From the IMG/VR virus record IMGVR_UViG_3300021963_000051, positions 1-64,000 of that record: a DNA stretch of 64,000 nt; one strand, given 5' to 3'. The notes under the pieces are model-generated. The model made no database searches, was not told the origin of the DNA, and worked only from the letters and a program-made list of their open reading frames with translations. Shown here piece by piece: positions 1 through 11,600 of the stretch. Each line of letters begins with the position of its first letter. Within the stretch, counting starts at the first letter, position 1. This DNA is from a virus. The translations under genes and the position numbers were made by a program.

Positions 1-720
1 CTTGTGGCCCTTGTACTCCTTGTGGCCCTTGAGCGCCTACTGGTCCTACCACTGTACCTACATCAGTCCAAGTATTTGAACCCCACACCCATAAATGTCC
101 ATTATTTGCTGTAACATAACCAGTACCAGTGGTAAAAGCGTTAGGATAGGGAAGTCCTGCTTGTGTAGCAGTTGTTCCTTGAATGGTTATCGATGTACCG
201 TCGGCTCCTCGAGGACCACTTGGTCCACTAGGTCCGGTAGGTCCTTGTACTCCCTGAGGTCCCTGTACTCCTTGCGGTCCTTGTGGCCCTGTTATAGCTG
301 GTCCGGTAGGACCTTGTACTCCTTGTGGTCCTTGAACTCCTTGTGGTCCTTGAGCTCCTACTGGTCCTACCACTGTACCTACATCAGTCCAGGTATTTGA
401 ACCCCATACCCATAGATGACCTGTGCTAGATGTTATATAACCAGTGCCAGTGGTAAAAGCGTTAGGATAGGGAAGTTGAGCTTGTGAAGCTACTGTTCCG
501 TTAATAGTAACAGAAGAACCATCTCTTCCAGGTGGTCCACTTGGTCCAGTTGGTCCAGTTGGTCCTTGAACGCCTTGTGGTCCTTGTACTCCTTGCGGTC
601 CTTTTAAAGTCCCACCTACTGTAACAGTGGCTAGATTATTCAATGTCAAGGTCAGTGTACCTTGAGCGGACACTGTCGCTGTTGTAACGTACGGTCCTGT
701 TGGTCCTGTAGCACCAACAG
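1..720 (-). repeat. Collagen-like Gly-X-Y repeats plus a 321-bp (107-aa) tandem duplication
   Basis: ctggtcctaccactgtacctacatcagtcca occurs at 40 and 361 (period 321); ccagt.ccagtggtaaaagcgttaggatagggaagt is also duplicated; many ccttg(t/c)gg(t/c)cc units. Confidence 0.9.
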
Positions 721-1831
721 GTCCTGTAACTCCAGCTGTACCTGCTCTAGCTGATAAACTCACTAACCAAGAACTCGAACTTGAGGCACCTACAGCATAG
801 TCACTCAAAACTTGTAGTGTTATACCATTGTTAGTTGAATTTATTACAGTACCTTCAAAGTAATTGGTACTACTAGAACTAACTAAAATTCTACTTCCAG
901 GTATGAAATAATGAGTATTAGTGTTAACATTTAAGATTTTACTACCTGTACCGCATACAATGGTGCTTGTTGATTGTAAAATTAATGCGCTGCCGCCACT
1001 GGTTTGTAATGGCACACCATTTACCGCAAGATTACTTCCTATGACTGAAACAGCATTTCCGCCAAGATAGATTGTACTGGAACTTACATATAAACTACGC
1101 CATTGCGTACTGCTAGTTCCTAGATCATAAGTTATATTTGCTGTAGGTATAAGATGACTACCTACTCTGCCTGCGGTTAATGTACCATCAATAGTAATAT
1201 TACCTTTAACGCCAAGATTTTTAAGGACAGTTAATCCTGTATTAATTTGTGAAGGACTTGTGGTATTAAAATAAAATAAACTTGTAACAGTATTAGCGGT
1301 AAAAGTTGTAGTACTTATGAGTAAAGTTGGATAACCATAACTATATACAGCACTGACTTTTTTAACTTGATTTGTTATATCTTCTCTTAAACTGTTTAAG
1401 GTCGAAGGTGGCTCAATTCCAAATTTGCCAAGTGTACTACTTACAGCAGGTCCTATTAGTTTCCAACTACCATCATAAACTCTAAATTGATTATTTCCAC
1501 TATCAAACCAAAAATCCCCTTCAGCAGGGTTAGCAGGGGCGGTTCCGCTTACTTGAGCTTGATACGTCGGTTTGAAAGAACTTCCATCATAGACTTTAAG
1601 GATTTTTTGATCTGTATCAAAAAATAACTGTCCAACTTGTGGATTAGTAGGAGAATTAGGAGTAGTATTAGCGAAACTAGTTAATAATTTAACAAAATTA
1701 TTATTAACAATCTCGCCATAATTATTAACGTTTTTTCCTATAAGTGATAAACTGGTGGTCAAATCGTCAATTTCATTATTTGAAATGACAACAAGAACAG
1801 TTCCGTTATTATTATATACTGTATATGACAT
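1..1831 (-). CDS. Tail fibre/baseplate appendage protein with collagen-like repeats (partial, runs off the left edge; absent from the ORF track)
   Basis: Read by hand from ATG at 1831: MSYTVYNNNGTVLVVISNNEIDDLTTSLSLIGKNVNNYGEIVNNNFVKLL...PTNPQVGQLFFDT. N-terminus is paralogous to the 1902-3716 protein. The same frame gives GPQGVQGPQG (Gly-X-Y) repeats at the window edge. Confidence 0.85.
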   Translation of the reverse strand, partial: MSYTVYNNNGTVLVVISNNEIDDLTTSLSLIGKNVNNYGEIVNNNFVKLLTSFANTTPNSPTNPQVGQLFFDTDQKILKVYDGSSFKPTYQAQVSGTAPANPAEGDFWFDSGNNQFRVYDGSWKLIGPAVSSTLGKFGIEPPSTLNSLREDITNQVKKVSAVYSYGYPTLLISTTTFTANTVTSLFYFNTTSPSQINTGLTVLKNLGVKGNITIDGTLTAGRVGSHLIPTANITYDLGTSSTQWRSLYVSSSTIYLGGNAVSVIGSNLAVNGVPLQTSGGSALILQSTSTIVCGTGSKILNVNTNTHYFIPGSRILVSSSSTNYFEGTVINSTNNGITLQVLSDYAVGASSSSSWLVSLSARAGTAGVTGPVGATGPTGPYVTTATVSAQGTLTLTLNNLATVTVGGTLKGPQGVQGPQGVQGPTGPTGPSGPPGRDGSSVTINGTVASQAQLPYPNAFTTGTGYITSSTGHLWVWGSNTWTDVGTVVGPVGAQGPQGVQGPQGVQGPTGPAITGPQGPQGVQGPQGVQGPTGPSGPSGPRGADGTSITIQGTTATQAGLPYPNAFTTGTGYVTANNGHLWVWGSNTWTDVGTVVGPVGAQGPQGVQGPQ

Positions 1832-1901
1832 AATTTAGATATTTACCAAGTATAGGATTTAAAAATTCTAACTATATTTGATAGGTACGCTCCAAAAAAA
1901 T

Positions 1902-3716
1902 TTAGGTTTTTATAATATATCTTAAATAGACTCCTACACCTGTACCAGTTGTGACATAGGTAGTGGTGCTCATATCTGGAACCCTAAATGTACCTGCTCC
2001 GCCTATCCCAAATATATTACCAATTCGAGCAAACAAAGCCGGATAAAGTGTAGCAGTGTGGACTGCTCCTAATCCAGGAGTCCCCTCATTAGTACAAAGT
2101 AAATATCCATTTGGAGCAGTTGTTCCCCCATATGGTAATATAGTGCCTGGTAAAACCAATCCGTTATAGACATCCGCTAAAAAATTATCCTTAGATATCT
2201 TTTCAATTGTAGTAGTTGAGGTAGATGTGTTTAAAACTAACAAGGTATAGGTGCTTGTCGCAGCAGCTAAAGAAGCAGCATCATCAAATATTTTTCTAGT
2301 TATAGAAGCTGTAAAAACTACATTAGCACTGCCATCAAACAATATAGAAGTACCTGTTATGTGACCAGTTATTCCAACTTCTCTTTTAGTTTCTAATTTT
2401 GTACTAGTTCCAACAAGTCTGCCATAAAATACTGTAGTAGCTGTTCCAGTGCTACCAATGCCAAGACTATAACCTACTGATTGCGCATGGATTTGACGGA
2501 ACCTTGTAGAAGTGCTACCGATATCATAAACATCGTGTTTATTAGGCTGAATAATAATTCCAAAACTCGATGTTGACCCTACAACGATTTTACCTATACT
2601 TGTTGTAACACCTGTTACATTAAGATTACCTCGTATGACTAAATTTTTATCGATTCTTGCAGATCCAGCAATAGCAATTGAATTAGACGATGAATTTATA
2701 ATACTCAAGGTTCCTGCGAATCGAGCAGAACCATTTACGTCTAATGCGGGACTTTGGCTGTTAGTAACTGTATTCACACCTACACTGCCCGCTATTGGAT
2801 TAAAGGTTATAAATGTACTGGTGTTTATACCTACATAAAAATTTTTAGTATTATCCAAAAATTGAAGTAAAGCACCATCTATACCACTATACAGTCTAAT
2901 TGTTTGATTATAAGTCGGATTAATAACGTATAATCCGTTAGTATCACTTATCTTAAAAGTACCTGTATGAGTTTGTGATGTAGCCCTATTGCGTAAAATA
3001 TCGTTCGATCTTAAAACACTATTACCAGTAACTACTAATGATTCTGCCTTTTCTGACACTCCGTAATATTTGGCATTATTCTTATTGGTTAGATTAGAAC
3101 CTACTCTAATTATAGTGAACCCTTCTATCACTGCTCTTGGTGTAAATTCATGATTAGAAATTACAGAGATAACCTTGTTATTGGCCCAATTTAGTATAAC
3201 TGGATAAAACTCTCCCGCAACACTTTCTACATTGGTAAATTCTGGTCCACTTTTTATAGCACCACTACTTGCACTAGGTCCAACTAATTTCCATATATTA
3301 CCGTATCGTATTTTTAATTGCGCATTTTCAGTATCTACCCAAACATCACCTTCTCTAACAGTAGAACCATACTGCACATATGGATCATTAGGTTGTTGAA
3401 ATATTCCACTAGACGGAGTCCATCTACTAGAATTATTGGAACCGTTGTTTATTCTTAAAATTTTACGTGTAGGTTCGCTGGTATCATACCAAAGTTGACC
3501 TTCGATAGGATTCTCAGGAGGATAAGGACTAGAAAAATTTTCAAGAAGTTTAACAAAATTCTGAGAATACGCAAGTCCATAATTAGTATAACCCGGACCA
3601 ACTAAATCTAAACTGGTATCATAATCATTTTTTCCAGAAGTTTCTATAGCTGTAGGAACAATTATTGTACCTGTTTTGAAAGGATCAGAAAATGTAAGAG
3701 TGTAAGGGCTTGCCAT
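1902..3716 (-). CDS. Baseplate/short tail fibre protein with a C-terminal tail-collar domain
   Basis: C-terminal LPGTILPYGGTTAPNGYLLC...YPALFARIG...FRVPDM...YIIKT is the phage tail collar signature. N-terminal NFVKLLENF...P.NP.EGQLWYD motif. Confidence 0.8.
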   Translation of the reverse strand: MASPYTLTFSDPFKTGTIIVPTAIETSGKNDYDTSLDLVGPGYTNYGLAYSQNFVKLLENFSSPYPPENPIEGQLWYDTSEPTRKILRINNGSNNSSRWTPSSGIFQQPNDPYVQYGSTVREGDVWVDTENAQLKIRYGNIWKLVGPSASSGAIKSGPEFTNVESVAGEFYPVILNWANNKVISVISNHEFTPRAVIEGFTIIRVGSNLTNKNNAKYYGVSEKAESLVVTGNSVLRSNDILRNRATSQTHTGTFKISDTNGLYVINPTYNQTIRLYSGIDGALLQFLDNTKNFYVGINTSTFITFNPIAGSVGVNTVTNSQSPALDVNGSARFAGTLSIINSSSNSIAIAGSARIDKNLVIRGNLNVTGVTTSIGKIVVGSTSSFGIIIQPNKHDVYDIGSTSTRFRQIHAQSVGYSLGIGSTGTATTVFYGRLVGTSTKLETKREVGITGHITGTSILFDGSANVVFTASITRKIFDDAASLAAATSTYTLLVLNTSTSTTTIEKISKDNFLADVYNGLVLPGTILPYGGTTAPNGYLLCTNEGTPGLGAVHTATLYPALFARIGNIFGIGGAGTFRVPDMSTTTYVTTGTGVGVYLRYIIKT

Positions 3717-3719
3717 TTA

Positions 3720-4331
3720 TTAAATTCCTGAACTCAAACTTTGTATTCTTACTGTATAATCTACCTGTATCATTCTGTTCAATGACTTTTGTACAGGATG
3801 GAAAATTACATGAGTTAGCAATAATCCTTCATCTAATCCGGCAGGGCTATAGGATCTTAAACCTATCTCATCAAAAACATAGGTACTATTACTATATATG
3901 TCATTGTCAAATGCTAATTGATCTGCAGGTTCGCTAAAATCTAACAGACAACTTACTAAAATATCACTATAAAAAGTACCAGCCCTGTGCCTTACTTCCA
4001 TATAATTTCTTGCCGGATCTCTATTTACAGCAAGCCTCTTACTATCAACACTTTTTGAATAAGTTTGATAATACAAGCTCCCTTCTCCAATAACATTGGG
4101 AGTTCTATAAGTTATTATTCCGGTAGGATCAATTCTTGTTCCTCCGCTACCAAAACACATTACGCCTATAAATCCAGTATCTTGATTGCTCATAGCTTCA
4201 GCCAACGCATAGCTAAAATTTTCGTAATGAATAGCATTACGCTTATTAACTATAACTTCTTCAGTTAAAGGATCAAAAATTTTAATATGTCCTTCTATAT
4301 GAAAAAATCCATTATCTTTTGGGTTGTTCAT
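3720..4331 (-). CDS. Conserved phage baseplate-region structural protein
   Basis: 203-aa ORF within the baseplate operon; GHIKIFD...NAIH and FDEIGL...LLTHVIFHPVQKSLNR.IQVDYTVRI pattern typical of large-phage baseplate proteins. Confidence 0.65.
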   Translation of the reverse strand: MNNPKDNGFFHIEGHIKIFDPLTEEVIVNKRNAIHYENFSYALAEAMSNQDTGFIGVMCFGSGGTRIDPTGIITYRTPNVIGEGSLYYQTYSKSVDSKRLAVNRDPARNYMEVRHRAGTFYSDILVSCLLDFSEPADQLAFDNDIYSNSTYVFDEIGLRSYSPAGLDEGLLLTHVIFHPVQKSLNRMIQVDYTVRIQSLSSGI

Positions 4332-4373
4332 TTTATTTTATCCAATACGATATTTATCCTCATAAAATATCCC

Positions 4374-6050
4374 TTAGGTTTCTAATTGTAATACCGTAAG
4401 TGTAACTGTTACAGTAGATGCAGCTGAATGCTGATTAGTTACATTAACAAAAATCTGATCGTCCACAGTAGGTTGATCATTAAATCCTATTAAAGCAGGC
4501 GTTAACCGTGTTGTTAACGAACCCGATGTTGTAACAACTTCAACTAGAACATTTCTACTAACTGGCGGATCTTGAAATTGCGGCCTCGTTACATCTGTTG
4601 ATTGTCCGACACTGGTTGCATATATCCTTACCCAAGCAGCAACATTAGTCTGAATTTTTGATAAAACATAAGTTTTAAACCCTTGTATGGAAACAGATGC
4701 TGTTGATCCCACTGATAATAAAGCGGTAGATGTTACTACACTTGTTCTAGAAGACAAACCTGCACTAGAACCTCCTCCAGAACTACCTGGCATAATAACG
4801 GTTGCGCTGTAAAATGTAGCAGAACTTGTGGTTAATACGGCAATCGTAGTGCCACTATTATCTTTAAAAATATGTTTGGCACTTTGATATACATTTACAG
4901 TATCTTGTAAATCAAGTCTAGTAGTAATTGTAGAAGATCCTGTATTGGCCGTTGTTATAACCGCTCTCGATCCATTTGTACCGGTTGAGAAATTTTCTAA
5001 GGCATAATAAGATATACCGCCTGTAGATGTCCCTGATTGATATAAAGTAGCAGAAGTTAAATATTGACCCCTAAATAAAATATTACCTATACTATCATCT
5101 TTCCTTAACGGATTTTTTCTCAAATCACTAGCACTTCTTCTACTAGAAATAAATGTTAAATTGTTAGATCCAGATAATGTAGGATTATCAACTGAAACTA
5201 CATCCTCAGAAGGCACACCATCAATACTAAATTTGGTATTTAAAAATTTTATTTTTGAGACGCCTTCATGATTTAAAACCAATGAAGTATCTCTAACGAC
5301 AAATTTTTGACCGTTTATACCAGATCCAAACAATAAAAGAGGAGTTGGTGTCTCTCCTTCCATTTCCCAACTCTGTTTCAAATGTAAATGGGTATAATCA
5401 TCTCCACGCATTTTAGTTTTAATAGGATTAGTTCCTAAATAAAATTCAACTCCTCCAGCTAAAACTTCCTGAGGATTGTCTGTAAAATTTTCAGCAGCTC
5501 TAAAGGTCAGCTGTCCTGAAAAACTATTCGTTTTTTCAATGGTCCAAAATCTTCCAGAAAAACCGCCTACACCTAAAGTAAGCAATTTTTCTCCTCCTAG
5601 AGTTGGCAAGGGATCATCTAAAATACGATTGGCTCTTTCTCCAGCAATGATAGGCCAATTTGTTACAGTATTGACATATTTGTCACCGTATCCTCTTATA
5701 CTTAAATAAGTGTTCTTTCTAGAGTTAGGATTTCGCAATCCATTTGTTACGAATAGAGTAGTCAAATGATTGTCAAGACCAGTTAATGGAGCACGTTCTC
5801 CACCGATAAGGGCCGATTCAAGAACAAATAAATTTTTACAAAGCAGTGTTCCAGTATTAAGTGTAATATTAGCAAACCTCACTGAAGAGGTTGTGGCTAA
5901 ATTCTGATCTGCTCCAGTTATGCTTACCCTGAGTAAATCAAACAAATCACTATACCTAAGCCTTTTGGTGACTCTATTATCTACAATAATAAATTGATGT
6001 GAACTGCCTGCTTCTATACCTGTAAATTGTAGATCAGTTACTCTTGTCAT
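4374..6050 (-). CDS. Putative virion structural/fibre protein
   Basis: 558 aa, Ser/Thr rich, co-oriented in the tail operon; C-terminal domain GFKTYVLSKIQT..AAWVRIY...DPP...VEVVT. Confidence 0.6.
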   Translation of the reverse strand: MTRVTDLQFTGIEAGSSHQFIIVDNRVTKRLRYSDLFDLLRVSITGADQNLATTSSVRFANITLNTGTLLCKNLFVLESALIGGERAPLTGLDNHLTTLFVTNGLRNPNSRKNTYLSIRGYGDKYVNTVTNWPIIAGERANRILDDPLPTLGGEKLLTLGVGGFSGRFWTIEKTNSFSGQLTFRAAENFTDNPQEVLAGGVEFYLGTNPIKTKMRGDDYTHLHLKQSWEMEGETPTPLLLFGSGINGQKFVVRDTSLVLNHEGVSKIKFLNTKFSIDGVPSEDVVSVDNPTLSGSNNLTFISSRRSASDLRKNPLRKDDSIGNILFRGQYLTSATLYQSGTSTGGISYYALENFSTGTNGSRAVITTANTGSSTITTRLDLQDTVNVYQSAKHIFKDNSGTTIAVLTTSSATFYSATVIMPGSSGGGSSAGLSSRTSVVTSTALLSVGSTASVSIQGFKTYVLSKIQTNVAAWVRIYATSVGQSTDVTRPQFQDPPVSRNVLVEVVTTSGSLTTRLTPALIGFNDQPTVDDQIFVNVTNQHSAASTVTVTLTVLQLET

Positions 6051-6051
6051 A

Positions 6052-8631
6052 TTAATACCTTCTTATAGTTATACCATCATCAGTTGTAATTGGTTCATTG
6101 TTTGTATCAAGCAATCTCGGATCGCCACCATAATAATATAGATCAGGCAATTCTGCTTCTTTCTGCCTAATAAATCTAGATACCCTATCGTTGCTGGTCA
6201 AAATAGATTGTGTCCCAGTAAAGATTAAACCTATTTTTTGTAAAACTTGAACCTGTACTCCTGAAATAATTCCTCCATCTATATTTAATATTAATAACTG
6301 ACTAGCAGTATTGATACTAAATTCAGGAGGAAATGATACTAAAGTAGTGCTAGTCACAGAAGTATATCCGTTATAAGAACTTTTTCTAAGTTTTCTTCCG
6401 CTATAATAAACTTCAAGTTGGTCTATAGCTTGTACGTAAGAATCTATAGTAATTCCATCCCCCCAATTTGTAGAACTGGTTATTGTAGATATAGCATATG
6501 TATTAGTAGACGTTGTTAGGAATTTTTGTACCTTCAATGTGTCTTCATATGGAATTGTCTGTAACACACCCTGATCTACTACCTTAGTACCTTCATCTAA
6601 GTAAAAAGCAGGACCAGTACCTAACGTTCCTCTTCTTAAAATTTGTAATTCATTATTATCGGTTCTAAAAAATTCAATTCTTTCTCTATCAATCAAGGCT
6701 ACTCCGGGAATATTTTGGGCATAATTACTAGGACTTAAAGCTCCAGGCTCAAAAACTGGAAGTTTTTCACTAGTATATGTCACAAATCCTGTTAAAAAAG
6801 TAGTATGATCTACACTTATTCTTTTATAGTGAGTTCTACCAAAAAAGTCATTAAAAATTCTATAAGCATACACTCTACTGGCCATATCTGGTTGTGATAC
6901 TATAGTAGCAATTATTTCGCTTGAATCCGTAGCTTCTACTTCATCACTAAATTGGATAGTTCTACCATCAGGCATTATTTCAAAATCAAACCTATGAACT
7001 AGGGGCCTGCCATCTAAATAAACCCAAATTAAGTTATCATCTATAACAGGGTTTAATAAAGTTACACGTCTAATGGAATTCCACGGACGAGTTTCAGTTC
7101 TAAAGGATTTGTCAATATGATCATTCCAAGTTAAAATTCTAATATTCTTATCTGATAATGGAGTAGGAAAATATAAAATATTATCGTTTATAATATAATC
7201 GTACTCAATTCCTGTAAACTTGGAACTTACAACAGCGACACGAGTTCCGTCAGGAAAAAGAGTATTCTGCAGAATAATATTGTTATTAGGTAAATCAAAA
7301 TAAAATTCAATACCTGCTTGTAATCTTACTCCATCGGCGTATACAAATACTTCTGATGTTAAAAAATAATTAGGTGGATAAGCTATGGCATTATGGATAC
7401 TATATGTTAAATTATTACTTTCTTTTACATAATAACTCGTGTAAGGTGGACTCAATCTTTTTCTATCAGTAGAACTTGAACTGGTACTGATTTCAACAAT
7501 TGCTTTATCACTGTACGGTTGAGCCGCTAATGGTTGACCAGGAAGATATGTTAGTATAAATGTTTGACTACTTGCAGATGATGGTACTGTTATAATTTGC
7601 TCGTTAAGTTTGCTATATCTAACGTATGGAGTGTTAAAAAACCAAGCATCAACCTGAAATTTTCTATTGTCAACCGTTGATCCTACAAAGTCGGGCATAT
7701 TATGTATTCTTACTGCTGCTCTGTTCCAATCTGTCCAACTAGGTTCAATACTGAAACCATAATCAGTGGTAGTTGTTATCTGCTGTACTTCTTGTCCATT
7801 AACTAAAACAAAAGCACTATGAACATCATCATACGCTGCCAAACTTTCTACAATACCAGAATTAAGGTCCTCAAATAAGGCAGAATTACTATCAATTAAA
7901 CCAATACCACCAATTCTGACAAAAGTAAATCCTCCTACACCGCTAGTGGTTTGAGGAGGTAGGACAATGTTATTTCCATCTATAAAAAATTGATTATCTG
8001 TAATTACTGTAGATGTACTTCTATTAAAAATTTTACCTTCATAGTATACACTAATATAACCATAGGCGTCAGGTAATACACTGATTCTAGCCGTAGTTGT
8101 CGTTCCTGCAACTATAGGAAAAGTTCCTGAGATTATTACAGCATTAGTATCTGTACCTTGAGTATAAATTGTAATTCCTAAACTATCTTGAGTATGACCC
8201 GGAACTAACTCTTCAGGAGCAAAGCTAACGCTCGGAGACATAAACCGATCTCCGTCAATAATTATATCAGAAGGAGCCACACCAAGAGCATCGCTCAGTA
8301 TACCGTTAGACCAGGTCCCACCTACGAGTGCAGTATCTAACGGTGAAAAATTAAAATCGTTTTTCCAAAATTCAATTGTGGGATTAGAATAGAGAGTGGC
8401 AGAAAATATATAACAAACACCACTATTTAAATTATTAACTCTCACTAGAGCTCTACCAGGAACAACTGTATCAGATGCTGTTTGATACCATATAGTAGTT
8501 GTATTTCCAGGATTAACGCTGCTTATCAAGGTATTATTTACAAAAAAACTCGTTGTAGAAATTTCCGACAGAGGATTATCTGTAATAATTACTACAGAAT
8601 TTGCTGTGGAGATTTGATCAATTATTTTCAT
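6052..8631 (-). CDS. Baseplate wedge-associated structural protein (probably the C-terminal continuation of the giant gp7-like protein)
   Basis: 859 aa; repeated V(F/Y)xDGxxL...DF/Y beta modules; IDRERIEF...LRRGTLGT motif; ATGA overlap with the upstream giant ORF. Confidence 0.7.
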   Translation of the reverse strand: MKIIDQISTANSVVIITDNPLSEISTTSFFVNNTLISSVNPGNTTTIWYQTASDTVVPGRALVRVNNLNSGVCYIFSATLYSNPTIEFWKNDFNFSPLDTALVGGTWSNGILSDALGVAPSDIIIDGDRFMSPSVSFAPEELVPGHTQDSLGITIYTQGTDTNAVIISGTFPIVAGTTTTARISVLPDAYGYISVYYEGKIFNRSTSTVITDNQFFIDGNNIVLPPQTTSGVGGFTFVRIGGIGLIDSNSALFEDLNSGIVESLAAYDDVHSAFVLVNGQEVQQITTTTDYGFSIEPSWTDWNRAAVRIHNMPDFVGSTVDNRKFQVDAWFFNTPYVRYSKLNEQIITVPSSASSQTFILTYLPGQPLAAQPYSDKAIVEISTSSSSTDRKRLSPPYTSYYVKESNNLTYSIHNAIAYPPNYFLTSEVFVYADGVRLQAGIEFYFDLPNNNIILQNTLFPDGTRVAVVSSKFTGIEYDYIINDNILYFPTPLSDKNIRILTWNDHIDKSFRTETRPWNSIRRVTLLNPVIDDNLIWVYLDGRPLVHRFDFEIMPDGRTIQFSDEVEATDSSEIIATIVSQPDMASRVYAYRIFNDFFGRTHYKRISVDHTTFLTGFVTYTSEKLPVFEPGALSPSNYAQNIPGVALIDRERIEFFRTDNNELQILRRGTLGTGPAFYLDEGTKVVDQGVLQTIPYEDTLKVQKFLTTSTNTYAISTITSSTNWGDGITIDSYVQAIDQLEVYYSGRKLRKSSYNGYTSVTSTTLVSFPPEFSINTASQLLILNIDGGIISGVQVQVLQKIGLIFTGTQSILTSNDRVSRFIRQKEAELPDLYYYGGDPRLLDTNNEPITTDDGITIRRY

Positions 8632-11600
8632 TGTACAAATCCTCTCGGGGGAGATTCTCTCAATATAATATCTCCTAATGAATTTTTCATACGACTAATA
8701 TCTAGCTTGTTATAATTTACTCTGTAATATCCATCTTTGCCTACGTTCACAGCATCAGGGTTGAATAACATTACCTCCTGAGCTAAGACACCTTGCTCTT
8801 TCTTATCAAATAACATATATTCATATAGACCGAACCCTAATTGATGAATTCCGATCTTTTTAATATCGGACTTTAGTCTAGCATCTGATAATTCTCCACC
8901 AGGATCTAAAAAAACAGTATCAAACACAGTAGTTTGTGCATCAACCTCAACATAATAGGTTCCGCTTGCTATTACCACTCCAGATGTAGATGTTGATATT
9001 TCTATAGTTAAATTAAATTTAGCTACACTCGGTCCGACGCCGGTATAATTTGCACTGGCGTACCATCCTAATTGACCGTTTACAGGTGTACTGGCTGCTG
9101 TAGCAATAGTTACCCAAGAACCGTTTACCTGATTATATTGATAAGTATTCAAATAAGCAACATCAATAATTGAGCCAAAACCCGGTCCTGTAAACGATAC
9201 ATCAGCTGACCATTCATTGAGAGGATCTAACCTAGCTCTTACATATAATCCTGTTAATCCTGTTGAATCTATAGCCCAACGCTGAAGATATGGAGTAACA
9301 TACACACCGGATCCATAGGCTGCATCAATTGGTTGTATACTTAAATTAAACGTACCTGAACTTTCTATTACTATTCTACCGAAAGCAACATTATTATTTA
9401 CAGTCTTACTAACTAATCGGCTAGGTGTTTGACCAAATTCATTTACTACCTGATCTGTTATTGAAACATCAATATATGATTGACCATAAACCATACCGAT
9501 ACTGCTGACCACCGTTGGTAATGTAAACCTAAATGTCTCAGTCGGTTCTGATAAAGCATCTACTGCTATATTAAACTGTTTTTGTACGCTAGCTTGGGTT
9601 GGTATAGCTGTTGTAATTAATGTTAATGTTCCGACATAGGAAGAAGTAGATAAATCTGCTAGAGAAATATTACCGGTCACTGTAGATATCGAATAAGGAA
9701 CCTGATGTCCATTAGGAAGATTTAGTGTTGTAAGAGTGATTGTAACTATAGAACCTTCACCTACAGGACTATTAGATGTTAATGTGTATGATGGCGGATT
9801 TGTAAACGATGTGTCATTAATTGTTATTGTAGTTGAAGTGCTAAAAGTACTAGAAGTGACTTCTAATACATTTAACCAAGTTTTAAGATATACACTGAAA
9901 TTTTCTGTTCCCTCTGTTAACAAATCTTCAGATATTTGAACATCAAAGGAGATAGGTAATTCGTCTAAACTATAAAGAGGTGCGCTTGTGGCCGTTAAAA
10001 CACCTGCCGTAATATCTCCAGTGGTTATATTTGTACCACTTCCTATAACTTGTAATATTCTACCGTCACTGCCAAAATCTACATTAGTTGCACTAATTAC
10101 ATAACTTATAATATCCCCTTCGTTTACAGGAGAAGAAACTAAATTTCCATTTTTGTAGGCACTAATATAATAAGCAGGAGGTCCAGTTGGTCTATCTCTC
10201 AACTTCATGCTAGTTGTTGCTACTGGGTAAGTGTTCACTGTTCCGCTGGTTAGATAGCTATAAACACTTACATAGAAAGTTTCTGTACTCTCAACTGTTC
10301 CATCACTTAAAGTGGTAATACTAAAGTTTAAAGGCAAAGATGTAACCGAAGTAGAAATTGTTCCGGTCAATCCCCCCGCAAAATCCCCGCTGGTGATATT
10401 AGTTCCAGTGATTAAATACCCTATCGTCTTCCCTGTACCATAATATAAATCTAGCCCGCTAAGAGTAAAGGTAGCAGTATAACCTTCCATTATAGCAGGA
10501 CTTCTTGCTGTTAAAATATATTCCTCATTAAAGCATGGTCCAATTTGAAAATTAATAGATCCTAAAACTCTATTGTTGACAGCAATATTATTTAAAATAC
10601 TACAAACTGTAACTGTCGCTGTAATAAAATTTGCCGTTACAGCAGAAAGAATTGAAGTTGCTGTTACCACAAAAGTGTTGTTGTCATTTATTTCATAGAT
10701 AGTGTATCGACCATTGAATCCGCCAGTTACTACTCCAGATATTTGTATTTGATCCCCTGTTCTTAAAGCCCCATTAAAAGGTTGTCTTGTATCAATTCTA
10801 ATATAACTACCAAGAGCAGTTGAAGTACTAACCGCATTGGCTATTTCATATACAGGTATAGTGATATCAATAGTATTTGTAATTGAATTTACACTTTGAA
10901 CAACCGTATCTGTTCTAAAATAATTACTTGTTGTACCTAATAGTGTTAAAATCTGACCAGGTACTATTCCTTGTATACTTTCTAAAGCCAATGTTCTATC
11001 AGAAACTGTTGCCTGAGATCTTAACTTACTCTTAGCGTAATTATTTGTTAAATCATTCCAACCTAACGGTGATCCTTGACCCAGAGGAGGGGAATAATCA
11101 AATTTTAATCCATTAAATTGAGTATAGGGATATTCTAATCCCTTGATTAATAGAGGTAAACTCTTTTCAACCATATTTACAGTAGGCTGATAAAATTCTT
11201 CAATTCTATCAATAGCATTATAAAGATCGATATGTTTATTAAAAACAATTTGTAAAAACTGCCCTTGGGGAGGTATAAAATTGACAAATATAAATTTACT
11301 ATAATTTTTAGCAAATTTATTAGTATCTTTACTAAAATGTTCTATTCTATAGTTAGATCCTAGAACTATTTTCTTATTCAAGGTCACAAAAATGGATAAT
11401 TTATCTGCTTCCGCTTTATATGGTAATTCAAATTCAATTTGTGAACCATTAGTAACAGTCTCAAAAATTATCTGTCTATTTCCAAGCTCAGACGATCGTG
11501 TATATCTATCAAACTTGATACCTATTGTGTTAGATCTAACCTGTCGATTTTCAATTATTACCGAACCACTGGCATGCCTAGTTACTGCACCACCATTAGT

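Noticed and set aside
95-400. 101-aa plus-strand ORF and the other short ORFs nested in or antisense to long genes
   Set aside because: Shadow frames of repetitive or biased coding sequence, with no SD, promoter or recognisable motifs.
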